From: Candidatus Limimorpha avicola
Lineage (GTDB): Bacteria; Bacteroidota; Bacteroidia; Bacteroidales; F082
DNA: 64,000 nucleotides
Direction of reading: 5' to 3'
Assembly (NCBI GenBank): GCA_020907925.1
Contig: DZDN01000058.1
Span: forward strand, 1,574 to 65,573
Positions 10,169 to 20,981 of the stretch are shown here, piece by piece. Positions within the stretch are counted from its first letter, which is position 1. Each line of letters opens with the position of its first letter. Below the pieces are notes generated by a model that saw nothing but the letters and a program-made list of their open reading frames with translations, ran no database searches and was not told where the DNA came from. The position numbers were made by a program, and so were the translations under genes.

Positions 10169-11070
10169 CAACACCGAATAAGAAGAGAGTTTTAGGGAGA
10201 GGTCTTGACGCCATTTTGCAAAGTCAGGAAACCGATATTACCTCAACAGATATATCCGGCAGTTATGTGGCAGGCGCAGTAGCTGAGATAGATATCGACC
10301 TGATAGAGATGAATCCGTTCCAGCCAAGAACAGATTTCGATGAAAAAGCATTGCAGGAATTGTCCGAATCAATTAAGACACAAGGCGTCATTCAGCCGGT
10401 AACAGTACGCAAAATGGGATATGACAAATACCAACTCATATCAGGCGAACGACGTCTCAGAGCATCGAAAATGGCAGGAATGAAAAAAATCCCCGTATTT
10501 ATACGCGTAGCCAACGATGAACAGATGTTGGAGATGGCTCTCATAGAAAATATTCACAGAGAAGGACTTAACGCAATAGAAGTAGCTTTATCATATCAAC
10601 GTCTTTTAGAAGAATGCCAATTGACACAGGAACAATTGAGCGAAAAAGTAGGTAAAGACAGGTCAACTGTAACCAACTTCCTGAGACTGTTGAAATTACC
10701 ACCAGAGATACAAGTCGCCTTACGAGACGGATTCATCAGCATGGGACATGCAAGAGCATTGATTAACATAGGCGATACCACAAAACAACTGCTGATATTG
10801 AAACGTGTCATTGAGGAAGACCTTAATGTAAGGCAAGTAGAGAAAATCGCCCGTGAACTTGTAGAATCCCAAACGGTTGGCAAAGGCGTAAAGAAACAGT
10901 CTGACTATATCCCGGAAAGTTTTAAAAAACAGATTGACAACATATCAAAGAGCCTGAACATGAGCGTAAAACTAAATCGCAACAACAGAGGCAAGGGCAG
11001 TATCACCATCAACTTTAAAAATGATGAAGAGTTTGACAAACTAATCAACATCATCAGCAACAACAAGTGA
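10165..11070 (+). CDS. parB: ParB/Spo0J partitioning protein
   Basis: ParB box ([22 protein letters not shown]) and an HTH region. It overlaps parA by 4 nt. Confidence 0.9.
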   Translation: MTTPNKKRVLGRGLDAILQSQETDITSTDISGSYVAGAVAEIDIDLIEMNPFQPRTDFDEKALQELSESIKTQGVIQPVTVRKMGYDKYQLISGERRLRASKMAGMKKIPVFIRVANDEQMLEMALIENIHREGLNAIEVALSYQRLLEECQLTQEQLSEKVGKDRSTVTNFLRLLKLPPEIQVALRDGFISMGHARALINIGDTTKQLLILKRVIEEDLNVRQVEKIARELVESQTVGKGVKKQSDYIPESFKKQIDNISKSLNMSVKLNRNNRGKGSITINFKNDEEFDKLINIISNNK

Positions 11071-11627
11071 CAATGCCGAAGAAAACAATCATACTGACAT
11101 TGCTGCTTTCGATGTTTTTAGGTAATCTACAAGCACAAAGCGAAGAAATAACATTGAAAACACACAATCCCAAACGTGCGGCATTGTACTCTGCCATTCT
11201 GCCGGGACTTGGTCAAGGCTACAATAAAAAATACTGGAAGATACCGGTCATTTATGCCGGTATAGGTACCATATCTTATTTCGCCATATCAAATAACAAT
11301 GAATATAAGATTTATAAAAAAGCCTACGACTATAAGACTGAAGTCAATACCGACGTAGGAGATGACATAAAGGAATTGGCTGACCGTTATACGGCAGACA
11401 ACCTTATATCGATGCGCGACTATTATAGACGTAACACTGAATTGAGTTGGATCATACTTGCCATCTGGTACGGACTCAACATCATAGATGCCACAGTAGA
11501 TGCCCATTTTTTCTATTATGACATAGGCGACGACCTTAGTCTCAGCATAGATCATTTCAACAACACATGTTATAACTATAGCAATTGTGGATTGACAACA
11601 GGATTGACTTTTAAGTTGAACTTTTAA
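11067..11627 (+). CDS. DUF5683 domain membrane protein
   Basis: Signal peptide and the motif RAALYSAILPGLGQGYNKKYWK. It sits in the conserved position after parB and overlaps it by 4 nt. Confidence 0.7.
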   Translation: MTMPKKTIILTLLLSMFLGNLQAQSEEITLKTHNPKRAALYSAILPGLGQGYNKKYWKIPVIYAGIGTISYFAISNNNEYKIYKKAYDYKTEVNTDVGDDIKELADRYTADNLISMRDYYRRNTELSWIILAIWYGLNIIDATVDAHFFYYDIGDDLSLSIDHFNNTCYNYSNCGLTTGLTFKLNF

Positions 11628-11637
11628 AACAGCAACG

Positions 11638-12363
11638 ATGAACATAGCAATAATAGGATATGGTAAAATGGGGAAAGAAATAGAAAAAACAGCCCTTGAA
11701 AGGGGGCACAATATTGTTTGTGTCATTGACAACGAGTCGGATTGGGAAACCAAGAACGAACTTATTGTCACTGCTGATGTCGCCATAGAATTCAGTATGC
11801 CTAAAGTTGCACCTGACAACATAAAAAAATGTTTCGACAAAGACATTCCAGTGATATGCGGCACTACAGGATGGAACGAACATGAGAATGAAATAAGAGA
11901 ACGATGCCTTAATGACGGTAAAGCACTGTTTTACGCTCCTAACTTCAGTATAGGAATGAATTTCATGTTCATGATAAACAAAATGCTGGCTCGCTTTGCA
12001 CAACATTACGGTTATGAACTGTCAATAAGAGAGACACATCACATACACAAATTGGACATGCCGAGCGGCACAGCAGTGAAACTTGCCAATGACATAATTG
12101 CAAACAACAGCAACTATTCACAATGGGCATTAGATGCTTCGAAAGAAGGCATATTGCCCGTCATCTCCATACGCGAAGGCGAAGTCTTCGGAATCCATAA
12201 TGTCAAAGCCGTATCAGAATGTGACGAGATTAACATCTCGCATCAGGCATTCAGCAGAAAAGGTTTTGCCGTTGGAGCAGTGACAGCTGCCGAGTTCTTG
12301 ATAGGCAAAAAAGGTTTATATAATATGAACGATTTATTAAATGAAAATATAAACAATAATTAA
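11638..12363 (+). CDS. dapB: 4-hydroxy-tetrahydrodipicolinate reductase
   Basis: N-terminal Rossmann motif IIGYGKMGK, plus ETHHIHKLDMPSGTA (the DapB signature E.HH..K.DaPSGTA). Confidence 0.9.
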   Translation: MNIAIIGYGKMGKEIEKTALERGHNIVCVIDNESDWETKNELIVTADVAIEFSMPKVAPDNIKKCFDKDIPVICGTTGWNEHENEIRERCLNDGKALFYAPNFSIGMNFMFMINKMLARFAQHYGYELSIRETHHIHKLDMPSGTAVKLANDIIANNSNYSQWALDASKEGILPVISIREGEVFGIHNVKAVSECDEINISHQAFSRKGFAVGAVTAAEFLIGKKGLYNMNDLLNENINNN

Positions 12364-12364
12364 T

Positions 12365-13873
12365 ATGTTAGCATTCATTATCATAGTACCCATACTTTTC
12401 ACAATTCCTATAGCATTGTGTTGGAATTTATTTAAAAAAGCCGGACAAAAAGGATACTACTCAATAATACCATTTTTCAACTTATACATATTCTCAAAAA
12501 TCATCAATTGGCAAAAATGGTGGTGTTACGTATTCCTGATATTTCCTTATATCAACTTTTTCGTGATGATGCTGATGTTCATCGAATTGGCAAAATGTTA
12601 CGGCAAGTTCAAATTATGGGAGGTTGTATGTGCAGCATTGATACCATACATTTATATGCCCATTATAGGTTTTCAAAACGTTGAATATCATGACCCGAGG
12701 ACTACTGTAAGACCTAAGAAAGCACCTGTGCGCGACTGGTTGGATTCAATAATATGGGCTGTGGTGGCAGCTCTGATAATAAGAACTTTTATTTTCGAAG
12801 CATACAGAATACCGTCCTCAAGCATGGAAAAGTCATTGCTTGTCGGAGACTTCCTTGTAGTGAGCAAAATCAACTACGGGCCTCGCATACCCAACACTCC
12901 ATTGTCGTTCCCTTTTGTACATCATACACTGCCATGGTCAAAGACAACAAAATCATACATCACATATCCCCAAATTCCATATAGACGTCTTCCCGGAATA
13001 TGCGACATAAAACGCAATGACCCTATAGTGTTCAACTTCCCCGCCGGCGACACAGTAAGTAAAGTATATCAAAGCAATGTCACTTATTATCAACTCATAA
13101 GACGTTATGGCAGAGAACGCGTCAACAGTGACAAAGCCAACTTCGGGCGTATTATCACAAGACCGGTTGACAAGAGAGAGAATTATGTCAAAAGAGTGAT
13201 AGCAATGCCGGGCGACACATTGCAAATAATAGACGGTATAGTATATATCAACGGGAGCAAAGGAGAAATACTGCCCAATATTCAGCACAACTATCTTGTA
13301 AAAATAACAGGCACCAATATAAACAGTCATATACTCGACAAATACGACATTACCGAAGCATATCGCACCGCATCACCAAATGAATTCATATTCAACATGA
13401 CAGAATCTGTTGCAAAAGAATTTGAAAAACAACCTTTTGTAATTTCAGTAACACGTATGATTGCCAAAGCCGGTGAAGATGTCAGCCAAGAGATATTTCC
13501 TAATGATACTGTAAATTTCAAATGGAACGTTGACAACTTCGGACCTATAGTGATCCCCAAAGAAGGCGTCACGGTGTCAATCAACCCACAAAATATTGCC
13601 CTTTATGACAGAGTGATAACAGCATACGAACATAACGATTTAAAGGTTAAAGACGGTAAAATATATATAAACGGTGTCGAGAGCGACAGTTATACATTCA
13701 AGATGGATTATTACTGGATGATGGGTGACAACCGTCACAATTCACAAGATTCCCGTTTTTGGGGTTACGTTCCAATAGATCATATTGTCGGTAAACCTAT
13801 ATTTGTATGGTTGTCAATGGATACAAACAAAGGTAAAATACGTTTTAACAAAACTTTCAGAGTAGTAAAATAA
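12365..13873 (+). CDS. lepB: Signal peptidase I with an N-terminal multi-TM extension
   Basis: S26 boxes (SSSMEKSLLVGDF, KRVIAMPGD, GDNRHNSQDSRFWGYVP) preceded by about 120 aa of membrane helices. Confidence 0.85.
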   Translation: MLAFIIIVPILFTIPIALCWNLFKKAGQKGYYSIIPFFNLYIFSKIINWQKWWCYVFLIFPYINFFVMMLMFIELAKCYGKFKLWEVVCAALIPYIYMPIIGFQNVEYHDPRTTVRPKKAPVRDWLDSIIWAVVAALIIRTFIFEAYRIPSSSMEKSLLVGDFLVVSKINYGPRIPNTPLSFPFVHHTLPWSKTTKSYITYPQIPYRRLPGICDIKRNDPIVFNFPAGDTVSKVYQSNVTYYQLIRRYGRERVNSDKANFGRIITRPVDKRENYVKRVIAMPGDTLQIIDGIVYINGSKGEILPNIQHNYLVKITGTNINSHILDKYDITEAYRTASPNEFIFNMTESVAKEFEKQPFVISVTRMIAKAGEDVSQEIFPNDTVNFKWNVDNFGPIVIPKEGVTVSINPQNIALYDRVITAYEHNDLKVKDGKIYINGVESDSYTFKMDYYWMMGDNRHNSQDSRFWGYVPIDHIVGKPIFVWLSMDTNKGKIRFNKTFRVVK

Positions 13874-13892
13874 GTTATCACATAACATAAAA

Positions 13893-16292
13893 ATGAAAAC
13901 CAAGAAGAAAAGTAAAGAAAAAAACGACAATGCTTCCGCAAGCAAAAAAAAGAAAGAAACAGACATAAGAACACGGATAGTTATTGGCATTTTCCTCATT
14001 CTATTGGGGATATATATACTATTGTCGTTTATCGATGCTTTTTTAGACTACGATATAACCGGGAAACTCGGTGGCAAGATTGGATTATTCCTTAGTTCCC
14101 GTATGTTTGGTATAGGTTCTATTTATTTTATTATTATTATTATCGGAATAGGTATTAATCTGATCTTCCGACGTCCGAAATTATACATATTAAGAATATG
14201 TAAAAATGCCTTGATGTCTTTCGTATGGATTCCATTGCTGTTTGCTCTCATAATGCAATCATCATCTGAAAACGGCACCGAGTTGGAAAAATACTATGGA
14301 ATAACCGGTAAAGTGGTTTATGACTTTTTAGACTTTTATATAAGCAAAATAGGTATATTGATATTGCTTTTACTGACAGGATTGACCTATATAATTTATT
14401 CATTCAACATCACTTTTGAGTTTTTGAGAAAAAAATCAAAAAATAATGAAAATGAAAACGACAATAAAGATAATGAAGATACTGACAATGACAACAAACA
14501 AAATAAACCAGACGAAAACGAATGGTTAATAAAACCTATCGACAAGGAAAATAAAGATTACGAAGATGACAATGATACCAATTTCAGTTGGGAGATCAAA
14601 AAAGACAATAAAGACGACAACGACCCTACATTCGAAATAACAACACATCCTGAAGAGTCCTCATCAGATGACGACTCTCCTAATGAGTCCGATTCAGATA
14701 TATCAATGGAAGTAACCGAGATAAAAGAAGAGAAACAGGTAAAAGAAAACGGAGAACATTTCGGATTAGACACTGCTTATGACCCAAGATTCGAATTATC
14801 GAATTATGTATTTCCCACATTAGATCTCCTCAAAGATTACGGAGACAATACTGCCACCATTGATACTGCAGAGTTAGAAAACAACAAAAACAAAATTGTT
14901 GAAACTTTGTCCAATTATTCCATTGCCATCTCCAAGATAAAAGCCACAGTAGGACCGACTGTTACCTTATATGAGATTGTTCCTGCTGCCGGAGTACGTA
15001 TTTCCAAAATAAAGAATCTTCAGGACGACATTGCTTTATGTCTGTCAGCATTGGGAATACGTATCATTGCGCCAATTCCGGGTAAAGGTACTGTAGGTAT
15101 AGAAGTTCCCAACAACAAATCGCAGATAGTATCTATGAGAAGCATAATAAGTTCTGAAAGATTTCAGAAATGCAATTATGAGTTACCTTTCGGCATAGGA
15201 AAAACCATCTCAAACGAGAGTTATGTTGCAGACCTTGCCAAGATGCCACATATACTTATGGCAGGTGCCACTGGGCAAGGTAAATCAGTGGGTATCAATG
15301 CAATAATAGCATCTTTATTATACAGCAAGCATCCGGCCGAATTAAAATTCGTACTCGTTGACCCTAAAAAAGTGGAGTTAAGCCTTTACAAAAAGATAGA
15401 ACGGCATTTTCTTGCCAAACTCCCTGACTCAGAAGAATCCATAATAACAGACGTGCGTAAGGTCGTGCGTACTCTCAATTCACTATGCATCGAGATGGAT
15501 AATCGCTATGAGTTGCTCAAAGATGCACAAGTACGCAACATCAAAGAATATAATGCAAAATTTATCAGCCGACGTCTCAACCCCCTCGAAGGACACCGCT
15601 TTATGCCATATATAGTACTTGTTGTAGATGAGTTTGCCGACCTTATCATGACAGCCGGCAAAGAGATAGAAGCACCTATCACTCGGCTTGCACAACTTGC
15701 GCGTGCAATAGGAATACATCTCATCATTGCGACGCAACGTCCTTCGGTCAATATCATCACCGGAACCATCAAAGCCAACTTCCCGGCACGTATGGCATTT
15801 CGTGTCATGTCGCGTGTAGATTCCAGCACCATATTAGACAGCACCGGTGCGGAACAACTCATAGGACGAGGAGATATGCTGTTGTCCACCGGCAATGATT
15901 TGGTAAGACTTCAGTGTCCGTTCATCGACACTCCGGAGGTAGAAGCCATAACTGAGTTCATAGGCTCCCAAAGAGCTTACCCTGAAGCCTACACACTACC
16001 CGATTGTCCTGATGAACAAGACGATACAGTAGATAAGGAAAATATCAATCCCAATGAAAGAGACCCGCTGTTCGAAGATGCAGCACGTCTGATAGTACAA
16101 TCACAACAAGGTTCAACCTCCATGCTGCAACGCAAATTCAAAATTGGGTACAACAGAGCCGGTCGCATCATAGACCAACTGGAATGCGCCGGCATAGTAG
16201 GACCTTTTGCCGGCAGTAAACAACGCGAAGTGAAAATACAAACAGAATACGCACTCGATCAACTTCTTAACGACCTTAATTATAAAGAATGA
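13893..16292 (+). CDS. ftsK: DNA translocase FtsK/SpoIIIE
   Basis: N-terminal TM helices, an N/D/E-rich low-complexity linker, the motor domain (Walker A GATGQGKS, VVDEFADL) and a C-terminal gamma wHTH. Confidence 0.9.
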   Translation: MKTKKKSKEKNDNASASKKKKETDIRTRIVIGIFLILLGIYILLSFIDAFLDYDITGKLGGKIGLFLSSRMFGIGSIYFIIIIIGIGINLIFRRPKLYILRICKNALMSFVWIPLLFALIMQSSSENGTELEKYYGITGKVVYDFLDFYISKIGILILLLLTGLTYIIYSFNITFEFLRKKSKNNENENDNKDNEDTDNDNKQNKPDENEWLIKPIDKENKDYEDDNDTNFSWEIKKDNKDDNDPTFEITTHPEESSSDDDSPNESDSDISMEVTEIKEEKQVKENGEHFGLDTAYDPRFELSNYVFPTLDLLKDYGDNTATIDTAELENNKNKIVETLSNYSIAISKIKATVGPTVTLYEIVPAAGVRISKIKNLQDDIALCLSALGIRIIAPIPGKGTVGIEVPNNKSQIVSMRSIISSERFQKCNYELPFGIGKTISNESYVADLAKMPHILMAGATGQGKSVGINAIIASLLYSKHPAELKFVLVDPKKVELSLYKKIERHFLAKLPDSEESIITDVRKVVRTLNSLCIEMDNRYELLKDAQVRNIKEYNAKFISRRLNPLEGHRFMPYIVLVVDEFADLIMTAGKEIEAPITRLAQLARAIGIHLIIATQRPSVNIITGTIKANFPARMAFRVMSRVDSSTILDSTGAEQLIGRGDMLLSTGNDLVRLQCPFIDTPEVEAITEFIGSQRAYPEAYTLPDCPDEQDDTVDKENINPNERDPLFEDAARLIVQSQQGSTSMLQRKFKIGYNRAGRIIDQLECAGIVGPFAGSKQREVKIQTEYALDQLLNDLNYKE

Positions 16293-16293
16293 T

Positions 16294-16914
16294 ATGAAAA
16301 GAACACTGTACATCACATTTTTAGTATTATTTGCATCATTGTCAGCATATTGCCAGAAAGCTGACGAAATGTTTCGCTCTGTTGTTGATGGAATCAAAGC
16401 TTTCAAAAACATAGAGATAAGTTTTGAATACAAGATGACGAATGATGTTGTCGGCATAAACGAGACTATAACGGGTAATGGATTCCTTCAAGGCGATGCC
16501 TACAGATTAGACTTAGGCAGTCAGATTTTGATATGCGACAGCAACACATTATGGACATATCTTCCTGATGATGCAGAGGTCATGATAAGCGACGTCAATG
16601 CTGAAGATGGAAGCAATTCCCCACTTTCAATAATAGAATCATATTATGATAATGTCAATGTGGTTCTCGACGATAAAAATGAAGACTTCAAAAGTTTTGT
16701 AATAACACCGCAAAATGAAGACAAATTTAAAAAAATAGTAGTCAACATCGACAAGAAAACTTCTCATCTCAAAGAAATTCATGTGTATGACGATGATGAC
16801 AACATATTTTCCTATATCATAAACAAATTTGTTACAAATCAGGAACTTCCTCAAAACACATTTGTTTTCGACGAGGAAAGTCATCCTGATGTAGAAGTTA
16901 TCGATATGCGATGA
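16294..16914 (+). CDS. lolA: LolA-like outer-membrane lipoprotein carrier protein
   Basis: Signal peptide, appropriate size, and the conserved position directly after ftsK. The sequence has LolA-family character. Confidence 0.65.
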   Translation: MKRTLYITFLVLFASLSAYCQKADEMFRSVVDGIKAFKNIEISFEYKMTNDVVGINETITGNGFLQGDAYRLDLGSQILICDSNTLWTYLPDDAEVMISDVNAEDGSNSPLSIIESYYDNVNVVLDDKNEDFKSFVITPQNEDKFKKIVVNIDKKTSHLKEIHVYDDDDNIFSYIINKFVTNQELPQNTFVFDEESHPDVEVIDMR

Positions 16915-16920
16915 CAAATT

Positions 16921-18054
16921 ATGGGCGACAGGAAGAAAATAGTGTTTTTGGCGAGATGGTATCCACACCGTTATGACAGCATGTACGGATTATTCATTCA
17001 GCGTCATGCTGAAGCGGTGTCAGCATTTCATGACATCAGTGTCGTTTATGTACATGCGGACGAAAACGTCAAAGAAAAATTCGAAATAGAACGACAATAC
17101 GAGAACAATGTCGATACCATCAGAATATATTACAAAAAAAACAACAATAAAGCCATCAACATAATACGTTTCTTCCGTGCCAACAGAAAAGCATTGTCGC
17201 TTATTGACAGAATCGACATTATCCATGTTCACATATTGACACGATTAGGAGTGATAGCATTATTTGAAAAAAAACTGCATCATATCCCCTACCTTATTAC
17301 CGAACATTGGTCTCGATATCTTCCCGGTAATGATTTCAACGGTGTCATCAGAAAATTTGTCACACGCAAAGTAGTAAAAGAAGCTGCAATGATAACTACA
17401 GTGACAAAAAATCTCGGTAATGCCATGAAAAACCATAAACTGTTGAATGACAACTATAAAATTCTACCCAACGTAGTTGACACCAACATGTTCGTTCCGT
17501 CAAAACATGACAATAAAACAGTAAAGATAATACACATCAGTTGTTTTGAGAACAAATCCAAGAACATAAGCGGCTTACTCGATGCTTTAAAAATCATTAA
17601 AGACAGTGATATTGATTTTCTTTGTGAAATGATTGGTGATGGCATGGATTTCGAAGTCATGAAAGAATATTGCAAGCAATTAGGACTCAATGGAAACGTG
17701 ATATTCAAAGGGCTATTGGAAGGAAATGAACTTGCCTCTGCACTTTCACAAGGCGATTTTCTTGTTTTGTCGAGTAACTACGAGAACCTGCCGGTTGTCA
17801 TATTAGAAGCTTTGTCATGCGGAATACCGGTAGTAAGCACAAATGTCGGCGGCATCCATGAAGTCATAAACAATGAGAATGGGATACTTGTAAAACCCAA
17901 CGACAATAGGAATCTTGCCGAAGCTATAATGACGATGATGAACAAATGTCATACGTACGAGCCTGAAACATTGCGTGCGCCGATATTGGAACATTACAGT
18001 ACAACAAAAGTAGGTCTATTGCTCTTTCATTATTATAATGAGATAAAGTCTTAG
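16921..18054 (+). CDS. Glycosyltransferase, GT4 (GT-B) family
   Basis: C-terminal GT1/GT4 motif (SSNYENLPVVILEALSCGIPVVSTNVGG). Confidence 0.8.
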   Translation: MGDRKKIVFLARWYPHRYDSMYGLFIQRHAEAVSAFHDISVVYVHADENVKEKFEIERQYENNVDTIRIYYKKNNNKAINIIRFFRANRKALSLIDRIDIIHVHILTRLGVIALFEKKLHHIPYLITEHWSRYLPGNDFNGVIRKFVTRKVVKEAAMITTVTKNLGNAMKNHKLLNDNYKILPNVVDTNMFVPSKHDNKTVKIIHISCFENKSKNISGLLDALKIIKDSDIDFLCEMIGDGMDFEVMKEYCKQLGLNGNVIFKGLLEGNELASALSQGDFLVLSSNYENLPVVILEALSCGIPVVSTNVGGIHEVINNENGILVKPNDNRNLAEAIMTMMNKCHTYEPETLRAPILEHYSTTKVGLLLFHYYNEIKS

Positions 18055-18085
18055 TGGTACATTACGCCTCTATTTTTCTTTATCA

Positions 18086-18109
18086 CAAAAAAAATCGGCA
18101 ATTGCCGAT
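18086..18109 (-). terminator. Intrinsic terminator after lpxC (perfect palindrome, may act in both directions)
   Basis: ATCGGCAATTGCCGAT hairpin followed by T8 on the minus strand. Confidence 0.7.
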
Positions 18110-18136
18110 TGAATATTTTCATTATGAAAATAAGGA

Positions 18137-19051
18137 TTATTTCAGGTTCTTCAAAATCAACTTCACAAATTCAGTATTAGCAAAATGACCGGGTTTGTAG
18201 GCAGTAACTTTACCAAGTATAGGTTTACCGAGCAAAGTCATATCACCGACAAGGTCCAAAAGTTTATGTCTTGCCGGTTCATTTTCAAAATAGAGACTTG
18301 TATTGTTAAGTATGCCGCCGTCATAGACGCCAATAGAATCAATGTTGAACAATTTTGCCACATGACGCAATTCTTCTTCAGGTACATATTTCTCAATAAA
18401 CACTATAGCGTTTGACAAATCACCACCTTTAATAAGATTATGTTGCAACAACATCTCCAATTCCTGGAAGAAAACAAAAGTACGGCAAGGAGCAATTTCT
18501 TTCTCAAAATCGTCAAAACTCTCAAGATGAGCTTCTTGTACATTAAGCACCTGAGATTTATAATCCACCTTAACGTCGATAGTAAACTTTTCAGCAGGTT
18601 CAATTGTCAACTCACAGCCAACCTTAGGATGGTAATAGACAATTTTTTTCTTCACCACATAAAATTCCCTTTCTGCATTTTGTTCTACAGAGCCAACATT
18701 TCTAAGTTTTTCCATCATTATTTTGGCACTGCCGTCTAAAATAGGAGGTTCTTCACAATTTATATCGATAAGGACATTGTCAATATCAGATCCTTTCAAA
18801 GATGCGAGAATATGTTCAACAGTATATACCTTTACACCATTCTGTTCAATAGTAGTACCGCGTGAAGTATCCACGACATTTTCAACGCGAGCATCTATAA
18901 GAGGTTGTCCATCTACATCAATTCTTCTAAATTTTATTCCATGATTTGCCTCTGCAGGACGAAAAGTAAGAACACCATTCTGACCTGTATGCAATCCCAC
19001 CCCACTGATGCTCACTTCTGATTTTATCGTACGTTGTTTTACCATTATCAC
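18137..19051 (-). CDS. lpxC: UDP-3-O-acyl-N-acetylglucosamine deacetylase, stand-alone (no FabZ fusion)
   Basis: LpxC motifs (QRTI..GVGLHTG, TVEHILASL, EPPILDGSA). The 304-aa ORF ends directly at a terminator. Confidence 0.9.
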   Translation of the reverse strand: MIMVKQRTIKSEVSISGVGLHTGQNGVLTFRPAEANHGIKFRRIDVDGQPLIDARVENVVDTSRGTTIEQNGVKVYTVEHILASLKGSDIDNVLIDINCEEPPILDGSAKIMMEKLRNVGSVEQNAEREFYVVKKKIVYYHPKVGCELTIEPAEKFTIDVKVDYKSQVLNVQEAHLESFDDFEKEIAPCRTFVFFQELEMLLQHNLIKGGDLSNAIVFIEKYVPEEELRHVAKLFNIDSIGVYDGGILNNTSLYFENEPARHKLLDLVGDMTLLGKPILGKVTAYKPGHFANTEFVKLILKNLK

Positions 19052-19073
19052 CTAACCATTATATTACGGGGTG

Positions 19074-19081
19074 CAAAATTA
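19074..19081 (-). promoter_or_regulatory. Bacteroidota -7 promoter box TAATTTTG (minus strand) for lpxC
   Basis: CAAAATTA on the plus strand, about 23 nt upstream of the lpxC start. Confidence 0.45.
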
Positions 19082-19247
19082 GTGTTTTTTTATATTCCCT
19101 AATAAAAAAACGACAAACTAAACATCATTTTTAAGGACAAACGGCTTATATTACTGATAAACATCAATATTATTACTTGCTCAAATATGCAATACTGTTA
19201 ATTTTGCATATTAAAACATCATAAAATCAGCTATCAAAACAAAAGTA

Positions 19248-20276
19248 TTATTTCTCCTTCAAAAGTTTTTCAAGTTCTGTTACACGTTTTTCAAGACTTT
19301 CCAATTTGCGCAAACGAACTACATCTCTCATATAGTTGTTATAGTAATAAGCAGGAGATCCCATATATTTCTTTCCCTTTTCCTTTATACTGCCAAGGAT
19401 ACCAGACTGAGCTGCTATACTTGTACAGTCAGCTATCTCAATATGTCCGGCAATACCCACCTGACCGGCAATAACACAGTTACGACCTATTTTAGTAGAA
19501 CCACTAACACCAGACTGTGCTGCCATAGCTGTATTCTCTCCTATTTCAACATTATGAGCCACCTGTATAAGGTTATCCAGCTTGACACCTTGTCCAATAC
19601 GAGTAGAACCCATTGTTGCACAATCTATTGTAGTATTAGCTCCTATCTCAACATTATCAGCTATAGAGACATTGCCAATTTGCGGAATCTTTTTATACGT
19701 ATGGTCCTGTTGCAATGCGAAGCCGAAGCCGTCAGCACCAATAACAGCACCGGCATGAATGATACAATTCTTTCCTATCTCAGTCTTTGCATACAACTTA
19801 ACGCCGGGATATAACACAGTATCATCACCAATCACCACATCATCTCCAACATAAACCTGAGGATATATCTTGACGCGGTCTCCTATTTTTGCCCTTTGTC
19901 CTACATAAGCAAACTCTCCAATATACACATCATTCCCATATCGAGCATCATTAGATATAAATGACAAAGAAGATATTCCAACCTTATTGCCAACATATTG
20001 TTGATATATTGAAAGAAGTTGAGCGAAAGCAGCATAAGCATCAGACACTCTTATCAAAGTAGCCGACACCGGCTCCGTAGGATGAAAACTGTCGTTAACC
20101 AAAACAATAGACGAACGTGTTGTATATATATAAGGTGTATATTTGGGATTAGAAAGAAAACTCAACATTCCGGGAGCTCCTTCTTCTATTTTTGCAATAT
20201 TAAAGACCTTAACATCGGGATCACCCTCAACTTTTCCGGAAAGTAATGTTGCAATTTGTAATGCTGTAAATTCCAT
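19248..20276 (-). CDS. lpxD: UDP-3-O-acylglucosamine N-acyltransferase
   Basis: LpxD N-terminal domain, long left-handed beta-helix hexapeptide repeats, and a C-terminal coiled tail. Confidence 0.9.
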   Translation of the reverse strand: MEFTALQIATLLSGKVEGDPDVKVFNIAKIEEGAPGMLSFLSNPKYTPYIYTTRSSIVLVNDSFHPTEPVSATLIRVSDAYAAFAQLLSIYQQYVGNKVGISSLSFISNDARYGNDVYIGEFAYVGQRAKIGDRVKIYPQVYVGDDVVIGDDTVLYPGVKLYAKTEIGKNCIIHAGAVIGADGFGFALQQDHTYKKIPQIGNVSIADNVEIGANTTIDCATMGSTRIGQGVKLDNLIQVAHNVEIGENTAMAAQSGVSGSTKIGRNCVIAGQVGIAGHIEIADCTSIAAQSGILGSIKEKGKKYMGSPAYYYNNYMRDVVRLRKLESLEKRVTELEKLLKEK

Positions 20277-20287
20277 GATATAAACTG

Positions 20288-20827
20288 TTAATTAATAAAC
20301 AAAGCATCAAACTCTGTCTTTATGTTGATAATAGCCTTTTCTGCAATAGGATTCTTAAATGACATCAATGTTGATGCTATAGCACTGACCTCAGCATCCT
20401 GATTATCAGCAAATACAGCATTGACATTTTGAAGCACTTCTTCTTTGGCAAGCTCTATGATATGCCATGTATCTTCTTTGACATACAAACGTTGTGCAAG
20501 ATTATGTTCAAATTCATCCTGAACATTTTGAAGCAACGAAAACTGGAAGTCATTGCGGGAGACACCCTGAATATAAACACGTTTCACTAAAACCGGAAAC
20601 TGAATACGTTCCAAAAAAAGCAGCAATCTCTCACACGCCTGTATCTTAAGAGGAACAATAACTCTGTACGATACCGTCGCCATTTTATTAGTATCTACCA
20701 ACACTTCAGTATTTTGTCTATCATCTTTTCCACTCCTATGCATGACAAAAAAATTATAACACAATAGTACAAAAAAAAGAGCGATGACAATATATATCAA
20801 ATATTCCATATTCAAAATTTGCCACAA
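20288..20827 (-). CDS. Hypothetical membrane-anchored protein
   Basis: One N-terminal TM helix and no recognised motif. An alternative start exists at 20809. Confidence 0.5.
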   Translation of the reverse strand: MWQILNMEYLIYIVIALFFVLLCYNFFVMHRSGKDDRQNTEVLVDTNKMATVSYRVIVPLKIQACERLLLFLERIQFPVLVKRVYIQGVSRNDFQFSLLQNVQDEFEHNLAQRLYVKEDTWHIIELAKEEVLQNVNAVFADNQDAEVSAIASTLMSFKNPIAEKAIINIKTEFDALFIN

Positions 20828-20894
20828 ATATAAGAGATTATTCGCAATAAAGAATAAAAAAAAACAATAAAAGTGAAACTATCATAAAAATCAC

Positions 20895-20902
20895 TAACTT
20901 TG
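20895..20902 (+). promoter_or_regulatory. Bacteroidota -7 promoter box TAACTTTG
   Basis: TAnnTTTG motif about 80 nt upstream of the aminotransferase gene. Confidence 0.45.
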
Positions 20903-20981
20903 CAGCAGAAAAAAGCAGCCCATTAGATTAAATATCATTGAGCCACAATAAGATATACAATAAATCTAAAAATAAAGAGGA

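Noticed and set aside
9191-11070. Expected parS sites or DnaA-box clusters (oriC) near parAB
   Set aside because: I scanned for TGTTTCACGTGAAACA-like 16-mers and TTATCCACA boxes. The only partial parS-like core (TTCACGTGA) is inside argS at about 36806-36820, and a single TATCCACA lies inside the glycosyltransferase gene near 16950. Neither amounts to a cluster or a full site.
11289-12006. Minus-strand ORFs of 191 and 131 aa
   Set aside because: They are antisense to the DUF5683 and dapB genes, both of which have clear family motifs.
14440-14720. Low-complexity N/D/E/K-rich repeat-like DNA in ftsK, and GCT-rich repeats in rplL (62050-62115)
   Set aside because: Both encode known flexible linkers: the FtsK linker and the L7/L12 Ala-rich hinge. 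They are not tandem-repeat elements or CRISPR-like arrays.
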